Positions 50,231 to 60,288 are shown, numbered from the stretch's first letter. The stretch: 64,000 bases of DNA from Halobacteriovoraceae bacterium (GCA_963719505.1 CAVRCF010000003.1:288001-352000), one strand, 5' to 3'. The notes: a model not told the origin generated them from the sequence alone. Made by a program: numbers and translations.

Positions 50231-50833
50231 ATGAATATCGTATTAATAGTGCTTGGATTGATTATCGTCATTGCTCTCATATTAGTTTTTTATGTGATTG
50301 GAATTTACAATAGTCTTGTCAGAGCAAAAAATGTCTTTAAAAATGCTTTCTCACAAATCGATGTGCAATTAAAAAGACGCTATGACCTTATTCCCAATCT
50401 ACTGGAGTCCGTAAAAGGCTATATGAAGCACGAGAAAGAAACTCTTGATGCTGTTATTAAAGCCCGTAATCAGGCCGCTCAGATCAATATTGATCTTGGA
50501 GAGGATCCAGCGGATCCCGCTCTTATGGAAAAACTCAATAAAGCCGAAGGACAGCTCTCTCAGAGCCTTGGAAAAATGTTTGCCTTATCAGAGGCCTATC
50601 CCGATCTTAAGGCCGATGGTAATATTAAGACTTTAATGGAGGAGCTCACCTCCACAGAGAATAAAATAGGATTCGCAAGACAATCCTATAACGACGCCGT
50701 TATGAGATATAATATTCTTTGTGAAGAATTTCCATCAGCGATAATCGCTGGAATGTTTCAATTTAAACAAGCGACTCTTTTTGAAATTGAAAATCAAGTT
50801 GAGCGCGAGACAGTTAAGGTTAAGTTCGATTGA
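50231..50833 (+). CDS. lemA: LemA family protein
   Basis: SQIDVQLKRRYDLIPNL, EAYPDLKA, ENKIGFARQSYND. Confidence 0.95.
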   Translation: MNIVLIVLGLIIVIALILVFYVIGIYNSLVRAKNVFKNAFSQIDVQLKRRYDLIPNLLESVKGYMKHEKETLDAVIKARNQAAQINIDLGEDPADPALMEKLNKAEGQLSQSLGKMFALSEAYPDLKADGNIKTLMEELTSTENKIGFARQSYNDAVMRYNILCEEFPSAIIAGMFQFKQATLFEIENQVERETVKVKFD

Positions 50834-52578
50834 ATTTTTTTAAAGATCAAGAAATTGCTAAAAAGAAAACCAGAAAGCTTGTCGCCCTTTTTTTGGCGTC
50901 AGTTGTGGCCACAGGAGCCGCTCTTACTTTAGTTGTGGGCTACGTGTTTTCCATTTCTCAGCAGTCTCAAAGTTCAGCTGCTTATGAACCAATAGATCTT
51001 TGGGCCAATATTGATCTTCTTCTCATTCTTTTCTCTATCGTTTGTCTGACTATCATCGGTGCGACGTTTTTTAAGATTATAAGCCTTGGGAAGGGGGGAA
51101 GCTATGTTGCAGAACTTTTGGGAGCAACGCCTGTCAAAAGAGAAAATAGCGATCCTGCATTAAAGAAGTATATTAATATTGTGGAAGAGATGAGTATCGC
51201 CTCTGGTTGTCCAGTTCCAAAGATCTATGTCATGGAAAAAGAGACGAGCATCAATGCCTTTGCCGCAGGCTATGAGATTGATGACTGTATTATTTGTGTC
51301 ACTCGAGGGGCTATTGAAAAGTTAAATCGAGATGAACTGCAAGGTGTTGTGGCCCACGAATTTAGTCATATCTTTAATGGGGATATGAAACTCAGTATTA
51401 AGCTCATTGGTTATCTGTTCGGTCTCTTAATTCTGACTCAGATTGGCCGTTTAATACTTCACTCCGGTCGTTATAGAACGAGTTCCAGAAGAAGCAAAGA
51501 TGGAAACGGTATCATGTTTGTGGGTCTGGCCTTTTTAGTTATCGGAGGGATTGGTTATCTTTTGGGCTCATTAATTAAAAGCTCGATCTCTAAACAAAGA
51601 GAATTTCTAGCAGATGCTTCAGCTGTGCAATTTACCAGAAACCCTTTTGGAATCGGTGGAGCTCTTTTAAAAATTGAAAAACTTATTGAAGGCAGCACGA
51701 TCATGGCCTCTAAGTCCGAAGAGGTTTCACATTTGTTTTTTGGTGCTCCAATGAAAATGAGCTTTGCCAGTCATCCCTCACTAAAAGATAGGCTTATGAG
51801 AATCTATCCAAATAAGAAATGGGAACAGATTGAAAAAATGGAAGTGAGTTATCCTGAAGTTGAACTACCTGATCCTGAAAAAGAGAAAAAGGAAGTTAAT
51901 GATATCTTTAGTAATGATGCCGTAAAGATTGCCACAGCTGGGACGGTGCTTTCTTCTTTAAGTTCTAGAAAAGATCATATCGGGGAGATCACTGAGACGA
52001 ATGTCGAAAAAGCTCATAGTCTTGTGGAGTCCATTCCCTTTAGCATAAAGGAGAAGATCCAAACGACAGCCGGTGCAAAACAAATTATTTTAAGCTTTTT
52101 TAATGGTGCCAGTGAATTTAAGGATTCATGGCGATACGCTATTTTTGAGATTGGACTTGGAACATTAAGTGAGCTTTCCAAAAACGAGAAAGTTGCGTTT
52201 GTAGCAAAAGCAAAAAAGCTAGTGCTAGAAGATCAGCTGATTACCCCTTCAGAATTTATTCTTTATTATATTGTTAAAAAGTCTCTTCTAGGTGAGAGGG
52301 GATTTTATGAGAAAAAAATCACAAAATTTGAAGCGGAACAATCTCTTGAGACACTTATTGAGTTTGCAAGAGAAGGGCTTAATAACGATCGATTTAAATT
52401 TAAACCAAGTGAAGTCGGAAAGTCTTTAGAGCTTCTCTCACGTGCCTCTCTTTCTCAAAAAGAAAAAGTTCTAGATAAGCTAATAAGCGTTGTGAATGAA
52501 GATGATCAAATCACTATCTTAGAAGAAGAGTTTATCAGACTCGTTTGCCAGGGCTTTAGAGTCCCATTTCCTTTATAA
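50830..52578 (+). CDS. M48 (HtpX-like) zinc metalloprotease with extended C-terminus
   Basis: INAFAAG, ELQGVVAHEFSHI, REFLADASA, SHPSLKDR; coupled to lemA (TTGA overlap). Confidence 0.9.
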   Translation: MNFFKDQEIAKKKTRKLVALFLASVVATGAALTLVVGYVFSISQQSQSSAAYEPIDLWANIDLLLILFSIVCLTIIGATFFKIISLGKGGSYVAELLGATPVKRENSDPALKKYINIVEEMSIASGCPVPKIYVMEKETSINAFAAGYEIDDCIICVTRGAIEKLNRDELQGVVAHEFSHIFNGDMKLSIKLIGYLFGLLILTQIGRLILHSGRYRTSSRRSKDGNGIMFVGLAFLVIGGIGYLLGSLIKSSISKQREFLADASAVQFTRNPFGIGGALLKIEKLIEGSTIMASKSEEVSHLFFGAPMKMSFASHPSLKDRLMRIYPNKKWEQIEKMEVSYPEVELPDPEKEKKEVNDIFSNDAVKIATAGTVLSSLSSRKDHIGEITETNVEKAHSLVESIPFSIKEKIQTTAGAKQIILSFFNGASEFKDSWRYAIFEIGLGTLSELSKNEKVAFVAKAKKLVLEDQLITPSEFILYYIVKKSLLGERGFYEKKITKFEAEQSLETLIEFAREGLNNDRFKFKPSEVGKSLELLSRASLSQKEKVLDKLISVVNEDDQITILEEEFIRLVCQGFRVPFPL

Positions 52579-52657
52579 CCAAACTATTTAACTCCACAAT
52601 TCTAAAACTCGAGTATATCTGTCTTTTGATAAGTGCTTGATATTTCTCATTCAAGTC

Positions 52658-52685
52658 TAAAGGTTAATTATTGAAAACCCGATAA
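52658..52685 (+). promoter_or_regulatory. Putative sigma28 (FliA) promoter
   Basis: TAAA(G)-N16-CCCGATAA, 32 bp upstream of ATG 52718. Confidence 0.55.
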
Positions 52686-52717
52686 ATTCATAAGACTTTA
52701 AAATTTTAAGGAAGTTT

Positions 52718-53330
52718 ATGAATAGAATTCTATCAATCTTATTTCTAGTTTGTTTTTCCAGCTCAAGCTTTGCTGGGCCTGCTTGTCCAGCGAATGGACA
52801 TGTGAGTGGGACGGAAGAGGCTGAAGGGTTGGCGAGTATTATTGGTGCTATTGAGGGGGAGTTTGTCCCTGAGGATGCTTCGGTCTATTTGTTTGTGTAT
52901 ATATTATGGCTCAATTCATAGACCTAATCAGATGAAGTATTTGGAAGAAGCGGTCTTAGAAAAGGCTAGGTAAAAGTATCGATGATAAAGATAGTAAGAA
53001 AATCTTGGTAAATTTTTAAATGATAACCATAGTCGCATAATTTGCCACGATGACCACAATGGGAACCTAAGAGCTAAAGAGCCATTGATCAAAAGAACAA
53101 TAGGTAGAGGTGAATACGGTTTAATAGATAGCTTAATGATATATGAAGATGACTATGGCTATAATCTGAATCATTTCGAAATTGTAGATGGAAAAAAAGA
53201 AACAATACTAGATTATATTGAGAAAATATTAAATGACCCAGAACTTCTTTCCAAATACAATGCAGATACACTCAGGCTCTTGCATTCAGACTTCATAGAC
53301 TATGATGCTAAAAGAGGCAGTGAACTTTGA
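52718..53330 (+). CDS. Secreted hypothetical protein, about 200 aa, split by apparent indels
   Basis: Signal peptide ORF 52718-52921 and ORF 53085-53330 join through protein-like intervening frames (MKYLEEAVLEKA...NDNHSRIIC). Confidence 0.6.
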
Positions 53331-55669
53331 AACTTTTAAGTGTTTTACTTTTTCTTTCACTTTCTTTGCATGCACAAGTCTGTATGAATAATTCTTTTGG
53401 TTTTGACCCAATTGAGGGGGAAGAGTTAGCCTCAAAGGTTTGTATTAAAGGAAGACTAAAGAAGCTTACAAAGGACAAGGTATGTGATTGCCAGAAGTCC
53501 AATAAAAAACTAAATTTAAAAGCTTCTAAAAGATTCCGTGAACTCAATGATCAATCAAATCAAAAGATTTTAAATTATGCTCTAGAAAAATTTCAAAAAA
53601 ACATGGTTGTTAATTTGAATAATATTTACTCTCTAAGCCAATTTACAAGGAAACCTCTTAGTAAAGATTGCAGACTGTCGAATTTAGATAGTCTTCACAA
53701 AAGATGCGGAGTTGATGGAAGTAAAGTTTTGGGTAAGTTAATGATAAAACAAAAACCATTGATGGAAATTAAAGAAAAAATACTTAATGAAAGAAAAATG
53801 AGAAATTCCCATTCGGCCTTAGACTTAGATGGCTTTTCAAAAAGAGAAAGCAAGACTTGTGAAATTAGTGAGGAAGATGCACTTACTGTTACGGGTCAAA
53901 GAAATATGATTTTGATTCAGAGAATGATTGAAAAATTTAAAAAAAATGTTCAAGGTGGTAATTACAAAGACCTTGATGACTATATTCAAAATAATATGAA
54001 CGAGGCATCTTTATCATTGGGAATGAGTCCTATAGAGTTGGAACTGGTGATGAATGAGATGAGAGAAAAACCTTTGTTTTTAGATATGCTCACTGATAGG
54101 CAACTTTTAAGTCAGGCAGGCTCTGTGGGAGTTGATTCAATCGTGGAGAACACTCTAGAAAAGCTTCAAAATTCGTGTTCTAAATCATTTCAACTGTTAG
54201 AGGAAGTTATTTGTAAAGGTAGTGATGAGTCTTTCGATATGGATTTACCTTTTTACAGAAAGATGGGAATGGACAAGAGCAAAGGGAATATTGAGTTAGA
54301 ACTTGATAATCAAGTCATGAGCGAAATGATGTGTTCTAAAAGTTCATTGAATGTTCCTCTTCAACTTAGCAAATTGGGTAAAGTTTATGACCTGGAAGCG
54401 GATACCTTGCCTACTGACGAATTTGCAAAACTCAGATCTGAGTCTCAAGTTGAAAAGGCTACGATTAATATTTGTTCGGTTTATCCAGATATTGACAAAG
54501 GCTTAGAGCTAAATAACTGTTCCGAAAATCCATTCTCTTTAGTTTGCATGGATCTAAGAAACTTTGGAGGATTAAATTTAATTCCTAAAATGATAGCAAA
54601 AAGAGATGTTGATGGAAATGTGATTGAGAACGAAGATGGGACAACGCTTCAGATTCCAAATCCAGATTATTTAAGTTCAAAAGAAATCAACGGTGCAATT
54701 TATGGAAAAGGCTCACTTGTTGATAGCTTTTATTCATCTGGGAAAGAGGACACGGTTGAGGAGCCTAATATTGACATCGATAGTAGCTCAGGACCAAACT
54801 CATACGTGAGTTCTAAAAGTGACTTGTTACAACAAGGTTCATTGAGGCAGGCTCCTTCAAAAATGCGACAAGATAATAAAGAAGTGTCCATGTCGGATAA
54901 TAACTTCTATAAAAAGTCTAGATCTAGTCTTTCAGAAGATGGAAATAAAAGAATCTATGACAAACTGAAAGATCTCGTTGATAGCTACAAAAAGCACGAC
55001 TCATCGACATTTGACCGAGTCCCCAAAGCGAGCAGAAGAATAGCAAGCACACCTCAACAGGTTGTGTCTCCAACGACTTTTACTCCGCCGAGCCCATCGT
55101 TCAATAGTTTTCAAGCTCAGCCAAAAAACGAGGTGTACGAAGACTTGGTTCCATCATCTGAAGAGGGGAGTGCCAATAAACCTTTCAGAGATGTTCAAAG
55201 AAATACCGCAGGAAGTATTGGCAGTGGAACAATTGATGATCCAACAAGAAGGATTAACCCCACAACTGGTAAGTTTAATAACGGTCTGGCTATTTCATCG
55301 GCAACATCGCCTTATGGAGAGATTCCAGTTGTTGAACTCTATGGAAATATTGAAGATGAGTTCTTCAATATTGATCCAGAGAACATGATGAATCTTGATG
55401 ATTCACAAAAAGAAATACTGTCTAAGCTTCAAAGTCTAATAGAAGAAAAGAAACCTTTTTACGTGAGTAAGAGAGGAGATTCTAGATATAGATTATTACT
55501 TGAAATTCAAAATGGAAAATACGTTGTGGCCAATCCACTGGACCTTTCAATTGAAAGGGCAAACTTTAACAAAAGTGACTATATTAAGTTTAAATCAAAT
55601 ATTGAAAAGTCCTTGAATGAGGGAGTTCTAGAAAAACTTGTTGATTTCAATCTTGATAGAGTTAATTAA
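53327..55669 (+). CDS. Large secreted Cys-rich hypothetical protein
   Basis: 780 aa; signal peptide; many Cys in the N-terminal half; Ser/Pro-rich linker; separate C-terminal domain. Confidence 0.8.
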   Translation: MKLLSVLLFLSLSLHAQVCMNNSFGFDPIEGEELASKVCIKGRLKKLTKDKVCDCQKSNKKLNLKASKRFRELNDQSNQKILNYALEKFQKNMVVNLNNIYSLSQFTRKPLSKDCRLSNLDSLHKRCGVDGSKVLGKLMIKQKPLMEIKEKILNERKMRNSHSALDLDGFSKRESKTCEISEEDALTVTGQRNMILIQRMIEKFKKNVQGGNYKDLDDYIQNNMNEASLSLGMSPIELELVMNEMREKPLFLDMLTDRQLLSQAGSVGVDSIVENTLEKLQNSCSKSFQLLEEVICKGSDESFDMDLPFYRKMGMDKSKGNIELELDNQVMSEMMCSKSSLNVPLQLSKLGKVYDLEADTLPTDEFAKLRSESQVEKATINICSVYPDIDKGLELNNCSENPFSLVCMDLRNFGGLNLIPKMIAKRDVDGNVIENEDGTTLQIPNPDYLSSKEINGAIYGKGSLVDSFYSSGKEDTVEEPNIDIDSSSGPNSYVSSKSDLLQQGSLRQAPSKMRQDNKEVSMSDNNFYKKSRSSLSEDGNKRIYDKLKDLVDSYKKHDSSTFDRVPKASRRIASTPQQVVSPTTFTPPSPSFNSFQAQPKNEVYEDLVPSSEEGSANKPFRDVQRNTAGSIGSGTIDDPTRRINPTTGKFNNGLAISSATSPYGEIPVVELYGNIEDEFFNIDPENMMNLDDSQKEILSKLQSLIEEKKPFYVSKRGDSRYRLLLEIQNGKYVVANPLDLSIERANFNKSDYIKFKSNIEKSLNEGVLEKLVDFNLDRVN

Positions 55670-56456
55670 TGCCTTACTTCTTATCACCAGAAATTCACGA
55701 AAATTCAGAGGGCTTTTGGTTTGAAGGTCCCAGCTTCCAAAAGGAAAATATCTATAAGATTGAAAAAGATAAGCTTCCCCCAATTAATTACGATAAATTG
55801 ATTTTAAGAAAGTCACAGTCTTACTGATCAGATTGAGAGGTTCCAAGCATGTAGACAATGGTGGGAAGACAGTCGATGAATACTTTAAAGGCAATTGTCT
55901 TTTTGGAAAGTGTACCGTTGTTTAAGGCTGTTGGGTGATAAAATTTCGGAAAAGATGGAACGAAACCACGTATCACTGGGAAGTTTCACTTGCTAATTAA
56001 AGGAAGCTTTAAATGAAGTTATTCCAAAAAAGCTTCTATTAACTGTCGATAATTACTCTCCGGGCTGAAAAATGGATATCACGATCCTAACTTGACGTCC
56101 TTACTTTTATCTCAAGAAGCTGCTGACTGGTTGATATTTTCAGATGAGTTTAATCTCTATGGTACGAGTTGGAAAAGCTCAGATTTTAAGCAGACCAGGA
56201 AAATAGGGAGAGACCAATTCATGAAAACTCTTTTTAAGAAGGCTGTCATTCTTGAGTGCCTGGACTTACAGAAGAGTCCCAAGTGGTGATAGTAATCTTT
56301 TGGTAGTTTCAGGCTCCGATGTAGGCTTAAGGGAGTCAAAGCGAGTTCGGCCTACTTTAGTCAAAGCGATGCTTAGTTAATACTAAAGAGAGAGCTGCAT
56401 TGGCTTTGAAGCGTTTCTACATACGCATCAACCAACCAAACCACTCAACAATGTAA
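55669..56456 (+). CDS. Hypothetical protein of about 260 aa broken by several apparent indels
   Basis: ATG overlaps the upstream TAA; protein-like segments (SLTDQIERFQACRQWWED, LKEALNEVIPKKLL, SQEAADWLIFSDEF) in shifting frames; end approximate. Confidence 0.45.
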
Positions 56457-56518
56457 ATCCTCTTGCCAGAATAATTAAATTCTCTATAATATGCTTGAAA
56501 GCTTTTCCAGGAGGGAAT

Positions 56519-56602
56519 ATGAGTCTCAAACTTTCAATAAAACTAGTTTCTATTATTGCGCTTACAGCTCTTGTTTTGATCAACTATTCACAAAATTTAT
56601 AA
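56519..56602 (+). CDS. 27-aa single-TM small protein
   Basis: AGGAGGG RBS; MSLKLSIKLVSIIALTALVLINYSQNL; stop abuts the HAD start; upstream TTGCCA-N16-TATAAT. Confidence 0.5.
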   Translation: MSLKLSIKLVSIIALTALVLINYSQNL

Positions 56603-57229
56603 ATGACTGAAAGTGAGTTCTTAAAACTTACCGAAAACTACAATCATCTCATCTTCGATTTTGGTGGAATCTTTATAAATATCAACTACCAAAATGCGAT
56701 AGATGAGATGAATCGAATTTGTCAAAGTCATAAAGCATCAGATCTCTATAGCCAACATTCTCAAGTTAATATTTTTTCGGATCTTGAGACGGGAAAGATT
56801 AATGAAGAAATTTTTCTTAAAGAATTAAATCTACTTTTGGGGTTAAATCAAAAGGAAGCTGAGCTAAAGGTGGCTTGGAATTCAATGCTTTATACAATAC
56901 CCAGTGAAAGAATTGATTTTCTAAAAAAGCTTAGGAAAACAAAAAAAATATATCTTCTGAGTAATATAAATGAAATTCATGAAAAGCATATTCACACTCT
57001 TGCAAATGCAGCTGACTTTTATGCCGAGTTTGATAAAATTTACTTCTCTCACCATCTTGGTCTTCGAAAACCAGATCCAGAAATATTTAAATATGTCTTA
57101 AAAGATATTGGCATCTCAGTTGAGAAGGCTTTCTTTATGGACGATTCTATTGGTCACATCGAGGCTGCTAGGGCGCTTAAGATTGAATCTCTCCATCTAG
57201 AGAAGCAAAATAGCTTTATAACTCATTGA
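56603..57229 (+). CDS. HAD-family phosphatase (YihX-like)
   Basis: IFDFGG, LLSN, GLRKPDPEIF, FMDD motifs. Confidence 0.88.
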   Translation: MTESEFLKLTENYNHLIFDFGGIFININYQNAIDEMNRICQSHKASDLYSQHSQVNIFSDLETGKINEEIFLKELNLLLGLNQKEAELKVAWNSMLYTIPSERIDFLKKLRKTKKIYLLSNINEIHEKHIHTLANAADFYAEFDKIYFSHHLGLRKPDPEIFKYVLKDIGISVEKAFFMDDSIGHIEAARALKIESLHLEKQNSFITH

Positions 57230-57265
57230 CTTATCCCCCTCAAAGCATAAAAATCAACTCTAATC

Positions 57266-57347
57266 CGCAATAATGGAACAAGGTTAAAATCCTTGGCTGT
57301 CCCGCAACTGTAAATTGTTAAATCAATGAGCCAGATACTTTATTGCA
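57266..57347 (+). promoter_or_regulatory. Cobalamin riboswitch (minimal form)
   Basis: P1 GCAATAA/TTATTGC, GGAA, GGTTAAAATCC T-loop, CTGTCCCGCAACTGTA and B12-box AGCCAGATAC; upstream of a TonB-dependent receptor. Confidence 0.88.
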
Positions 57348-57385
57348 ATTCCTGAAACGTCAGGAGGATTCCCGTGGAGGTATCG

Positions 57386-59113
57386 TTGAAGTTCTTAATT
57401 CTTTTGTTTCCAATCTGCCTTATGGCACAAACACTCGATCCTATTATCGTGACAAGTAAAAGTGGCCTTCGAAAGTCTCAAATGACGACGAGTCCAGATG
57501 TCATCTCTGAAGAAAAGATTAATCAAAGTGTCTCTAGTGATCTTATCGATGTTCTTCGATCAGAGCCTGCTTTAAATATTACTCAAACTGGAGGCCCTGG
57601 ATCTAGTTATAATATCTCTATTAGAGGGGCTGAGTCTCGTCATACCTTAGTTCTTATTGACGGCATAAGGGTGAATGATCCAAGTACCATTGGAGGCTCT
57701 TTTAATATGCCAGCTCTTTCAACACTGGATATTGAAAAAATTGAAATACTAAAAGGTCCTCAAAGTCTTCTTTATGGAAGTGATGCCATTGGGGGAGTGA
57801 TTAATATTGTGACAAAAAAAGGTGAAGACGGAGGAGATGTCTCTTACCAGCAAGGCGCAACTGAGGAGCTCTCAAGTAGTCTCACAGTCTTTGGTCACAC
57901 CAATGTTTTTTATATAAACACATTTTATAATGAATCCGATCCCATATCAGCTTTTGCCAATGGCAGCGAAAAAGATACCGCGATTAATAGGGGCGTCACA
58001 CTTAACTACGCTCAAGCTTTTGATCTGTTTGAAATGGAATGGCAATATAAAGCAATAAATTCTTATAATGAGTTCGATGATTTTTTGGCCGACTCAAGTG
58101 ATAACTTTTCTAAAAATCTCAATCAAATATTTTATCAAAAAATGAAATTTAAAGACTTTAAACACTCGATTAGTCATCAAAAGACAGACCGTTTTTCAAA
58201 ATTTAGTAATACCTCTTCTTCAAATTACCAAGGGACGAGAACATTGAATGAGGTGAACTATAATACCTCTCATCTTCTTATGGGGCTAACTCATGAGTAT
58301 CTCACTTATGAGCAATCTAAACTTGATGAACTCAAAGTAAACCAGTACGCCGCTTTTTTAAATTACTCTAATTCTTTTGAAGATCTTTTTTATAGTGCTG
58401 GGGGGAGAGCGGACTACCATGAGGAATTTAAAAATTACAATACCTACAGTTTGGGCTTTGGGAAAAACCTGTCAGAAAGAAGGCAGATAAAGATAAACTA
58501 CTCAACTGGTTTCAAAAGCCCCACACTTTATCAGCTTTATACAAATGAGCCTGGTTCTTCGACTCCAACTTTCGGTAATGAAGATCTCGACCCAGAGACG
58601 AGTAAAACAGTTGAAGTCTCAATTTTAAAAAGTAACCCTCTGTCGGGATGGAGTGTCTCTTTTTATGATACCCATATCGATGACTTTATCATCTATGATA
58701 ATAATACCTATATTAATGAGAGTTCTCTTCGAACGTATGGAGTGGATATTGGCTTCAATCAAAAAATCGATTCATTTAGTTTAAATGAGTCAGTCTCTTT
58801 AAATAGATCAATCGATTCATCTAAGAAGTACTCTTTGAGAAAGCCCCAGGCGAAAGCAAATTTAACAGTCAACTACCAAATAAGTGATAAGAGTCTTATC
58901 AGTGTTGATAGCACTTGGGTTTCGGCCCAATATGATTTTAATAATGCTCTGGTTGAGGCCTACGACATTACAAATATTATTCATCATTATAAAAATGGTC
59001 GTATGAGTTTTAAAAATGGTGTGCGAAATGTTTTTGACCGTGAGTATGAAGAGTTAAAGGGCTATGGAACACTAGGGCTTAATATTTATACTAAGATTGA
59101 ATACAATTACTGA
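57386..59113 (+). CDS. btuB: TonB-dependent cobalamin receptor
   Basis: TonB box-like IIVT, plug IRGAESRHTLVLIDG, IEILKGPQSLLYGSDAIGGVINIVT; cobalamin riboswitch upstream; TTG start after GGAGG. Confidence 0.85.
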   Translation: MKFLILLFPICLMAQTLDPIIVTSKSGLRKSQMTTSPDVISEEKINQSVSSDLIDVLRSEPALNITQTGGPGSSYNISIRGAESRHTLVLIDGIRVNDPSTIGGSFNMPALSTLDIEKIEILKGPQSLLYGSDAIGGVINIVTKKGEDGGDVSYQQGATEELSSSLTVFGHTNVFYINTFYNESDPISAFANGSEKDTAINRGVTLNYAQAFDLFEMEWQYKAINSYNEFDDFLADSSDNFSKNLNQIFYQKMKFKDFKHSISHQKTDRFSKFSNTSSSNYQGTRTLNEVNYNTSHLLMGLTHEYLTYEQSKLDELKVNQYAAFLNYSNSFEDLFYSAGGRADYHEEFKNYNTYSLGFGKNLSERRQIKINYSTGFKSPTLYQLYTNEPGSSTPTFGNEDLDPETSKTVEVSILKSNPLSGWSVSFYDTHIDDFIIYDNNTYINESSLRTYGVDIGFNQKIDSFSLNESVSLNRSIDSSKKYSLRKPQAKANLTVNYQISDKSLISVDSTWVSAQYDFNNALVEAYDITNIIHHYKNGRMSFKNGVRNVFDREYEELKGYGTLGLNIYTKIEYNY

Positions 59114-59409
59114 AGCTTTGTGGGATCTCCGGCGTCCACATAAGTTGTGCAGCAAGAGTCCGTTTTTTCTGCACCCTCATGGTCGTGGACTTCTTCATAA
59201 ACACTATGCTTAAAGGCATCATCTTCATCTTTATTTAGGCCTAACGCTTCAGAAAGAGTATCGACAACATTTGGGCTTATAACGTAGACATCAATACCCA
59301 TCTCATCCATTTTCCCAGCATACTGATAGGCTTCAGCTTCATCTTTGAGATCACATTCAAATAATACTTCGTCTGAATCTTTGCTTTTGACTTGAACTTT
59401 TTTTGCCAT
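59107..59409 (-). CDS. Small acidic hypothetical protein with C-terminal HDHE...CC motif
   Basis: 100 aa from ATG 59409. Confidence 0.65.
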   Translation of the reverse strand: MAKKVQVKSKDSDEVLFECDLKDEAEAYQYAGKMDEMGIDVYVISPNVVDTLSEALGLNKDEDDAFKHSVYEEVHDHEGAEKTDSCCTTYVDAGDPTKLQ

Positions 59410-59473
59410 AATTGTACTGTCCGTAAGTTGTATGAGTTGCTGTAAGCATACTATAGAGTCGGGAGTGAAGCGA

Positions 59474-59797
59474 ATGCAAATTATTTTTATCAATGAGTCC
59501 AAGTTTGTCTGTGATTTTGTTGAGTCTCTTTGTAAATTTAATGATTTAGCTTGTTTTAGTTTAAATGACAGCAGTGATTTTACTTATCTAATCGATGATT
59601 TAAAGCCCGCGTTAGTTATCGTTGATAAAAATGCCTACGTAGGGGATGAGGATCGCTTTTGGAGTGGCATAAGTGGCGCGGCTCATCAAACAAAAACAAT
59701 GATTATTGGAATGGAGTCAGAAAAATTTGATTTTTCAAATCCACAGGCCATTGTTGCAGAAACTTTTGCCAATGATATTAAATCTAAATTAAAATAA
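59474..59797 (+). CDS. Stand-alone atypical response regulator receiver domain
   Basis: beta/alpha pattern IIFINES...KPALVIVD; GGGAG RBS; conserved Lys not evident. Confidence 0.55.
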   Translation: MQIIFINESKFVCDFVESLCKFNDLACFSLNDSSDFTYLIDDLKPALVIVDKNAYVGDEDRFWSGISGAAHQTKTMIIGMESEKFDFSNPQAIVAETFANDIKSKLK

Positions 59798-59874
59798 ATC
59801 TATGAATAAAGATAAGCTATTTGTTATTTTTGGATTATGCCTAACCGTTATTGTTTTTGGTGTAACAATCTATT

Positions 59875-60261
59875 TTAGAAGCGGTGTGTTTCGATAGTTT
59901 CTTTACTTTTATTTGACCAATTTGCAGGACCAATAAAAAAGCAAGTAAGTTTTGGATCTTGTGCCGTAATGATAGAGTTAACAAGCTCTTGATAATGTGT
60001 GTTAATCCACTGAGCAGCAAATTGACTTTCAGTTTGAACAATAAGATTTTTATTTTTAAGAACAATCGGCTTTATATTGGCAAACCACTGAGTATGCACT
60101 TCAGGGCCTAAAATCGCCAAAATCATCTCACTTGTCACAGACCAAGTATTTCTCGCCTTGATAACAGGATTATCATAGGACTCGTTTAAAAGATCTTGCA
60201 ACTTTGAGTGAAGATTCTTTTTGAGACTTTTTGTGTATGCACGTGTTGTGTTACTTTTCAT
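59875..60261 (-). CDS. Stand-alone DnaA N-terminal (domain I) protein
   Basis: TWSVTSEMILAILGPEVHTQWFANIKP...LIVQTESQFAAQWINTHYQELV matches the DnaA_N pattern; no AAA+ domain. Confidence 0.7.
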   Translation of the reverse strand: MKSNTTRAYTKSLKKNLHSKLQDLLNESYDNPVIKARNTWSVTSEMILAILGPEVHTQWFANIKPIVLKNKNLIVQTESQFAAQWINTHYQELVNSIITAQDPKLTCFFIGPANWSNKSKETIETHRF

Positions 60262-60288
60262 TTATCAATGCCTTTTTTGAAGATGCAG

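Noticed and set aside
55670-56460. Large ncRNA (RNase P, tmRNA) or REP element in an apparently ORF-free gap
   Set aside because: No RNase P or tmRNA signature; the gap reads as one protein across shifting frames; the GTAGGC/GCCTAC stem is single-copy in the window
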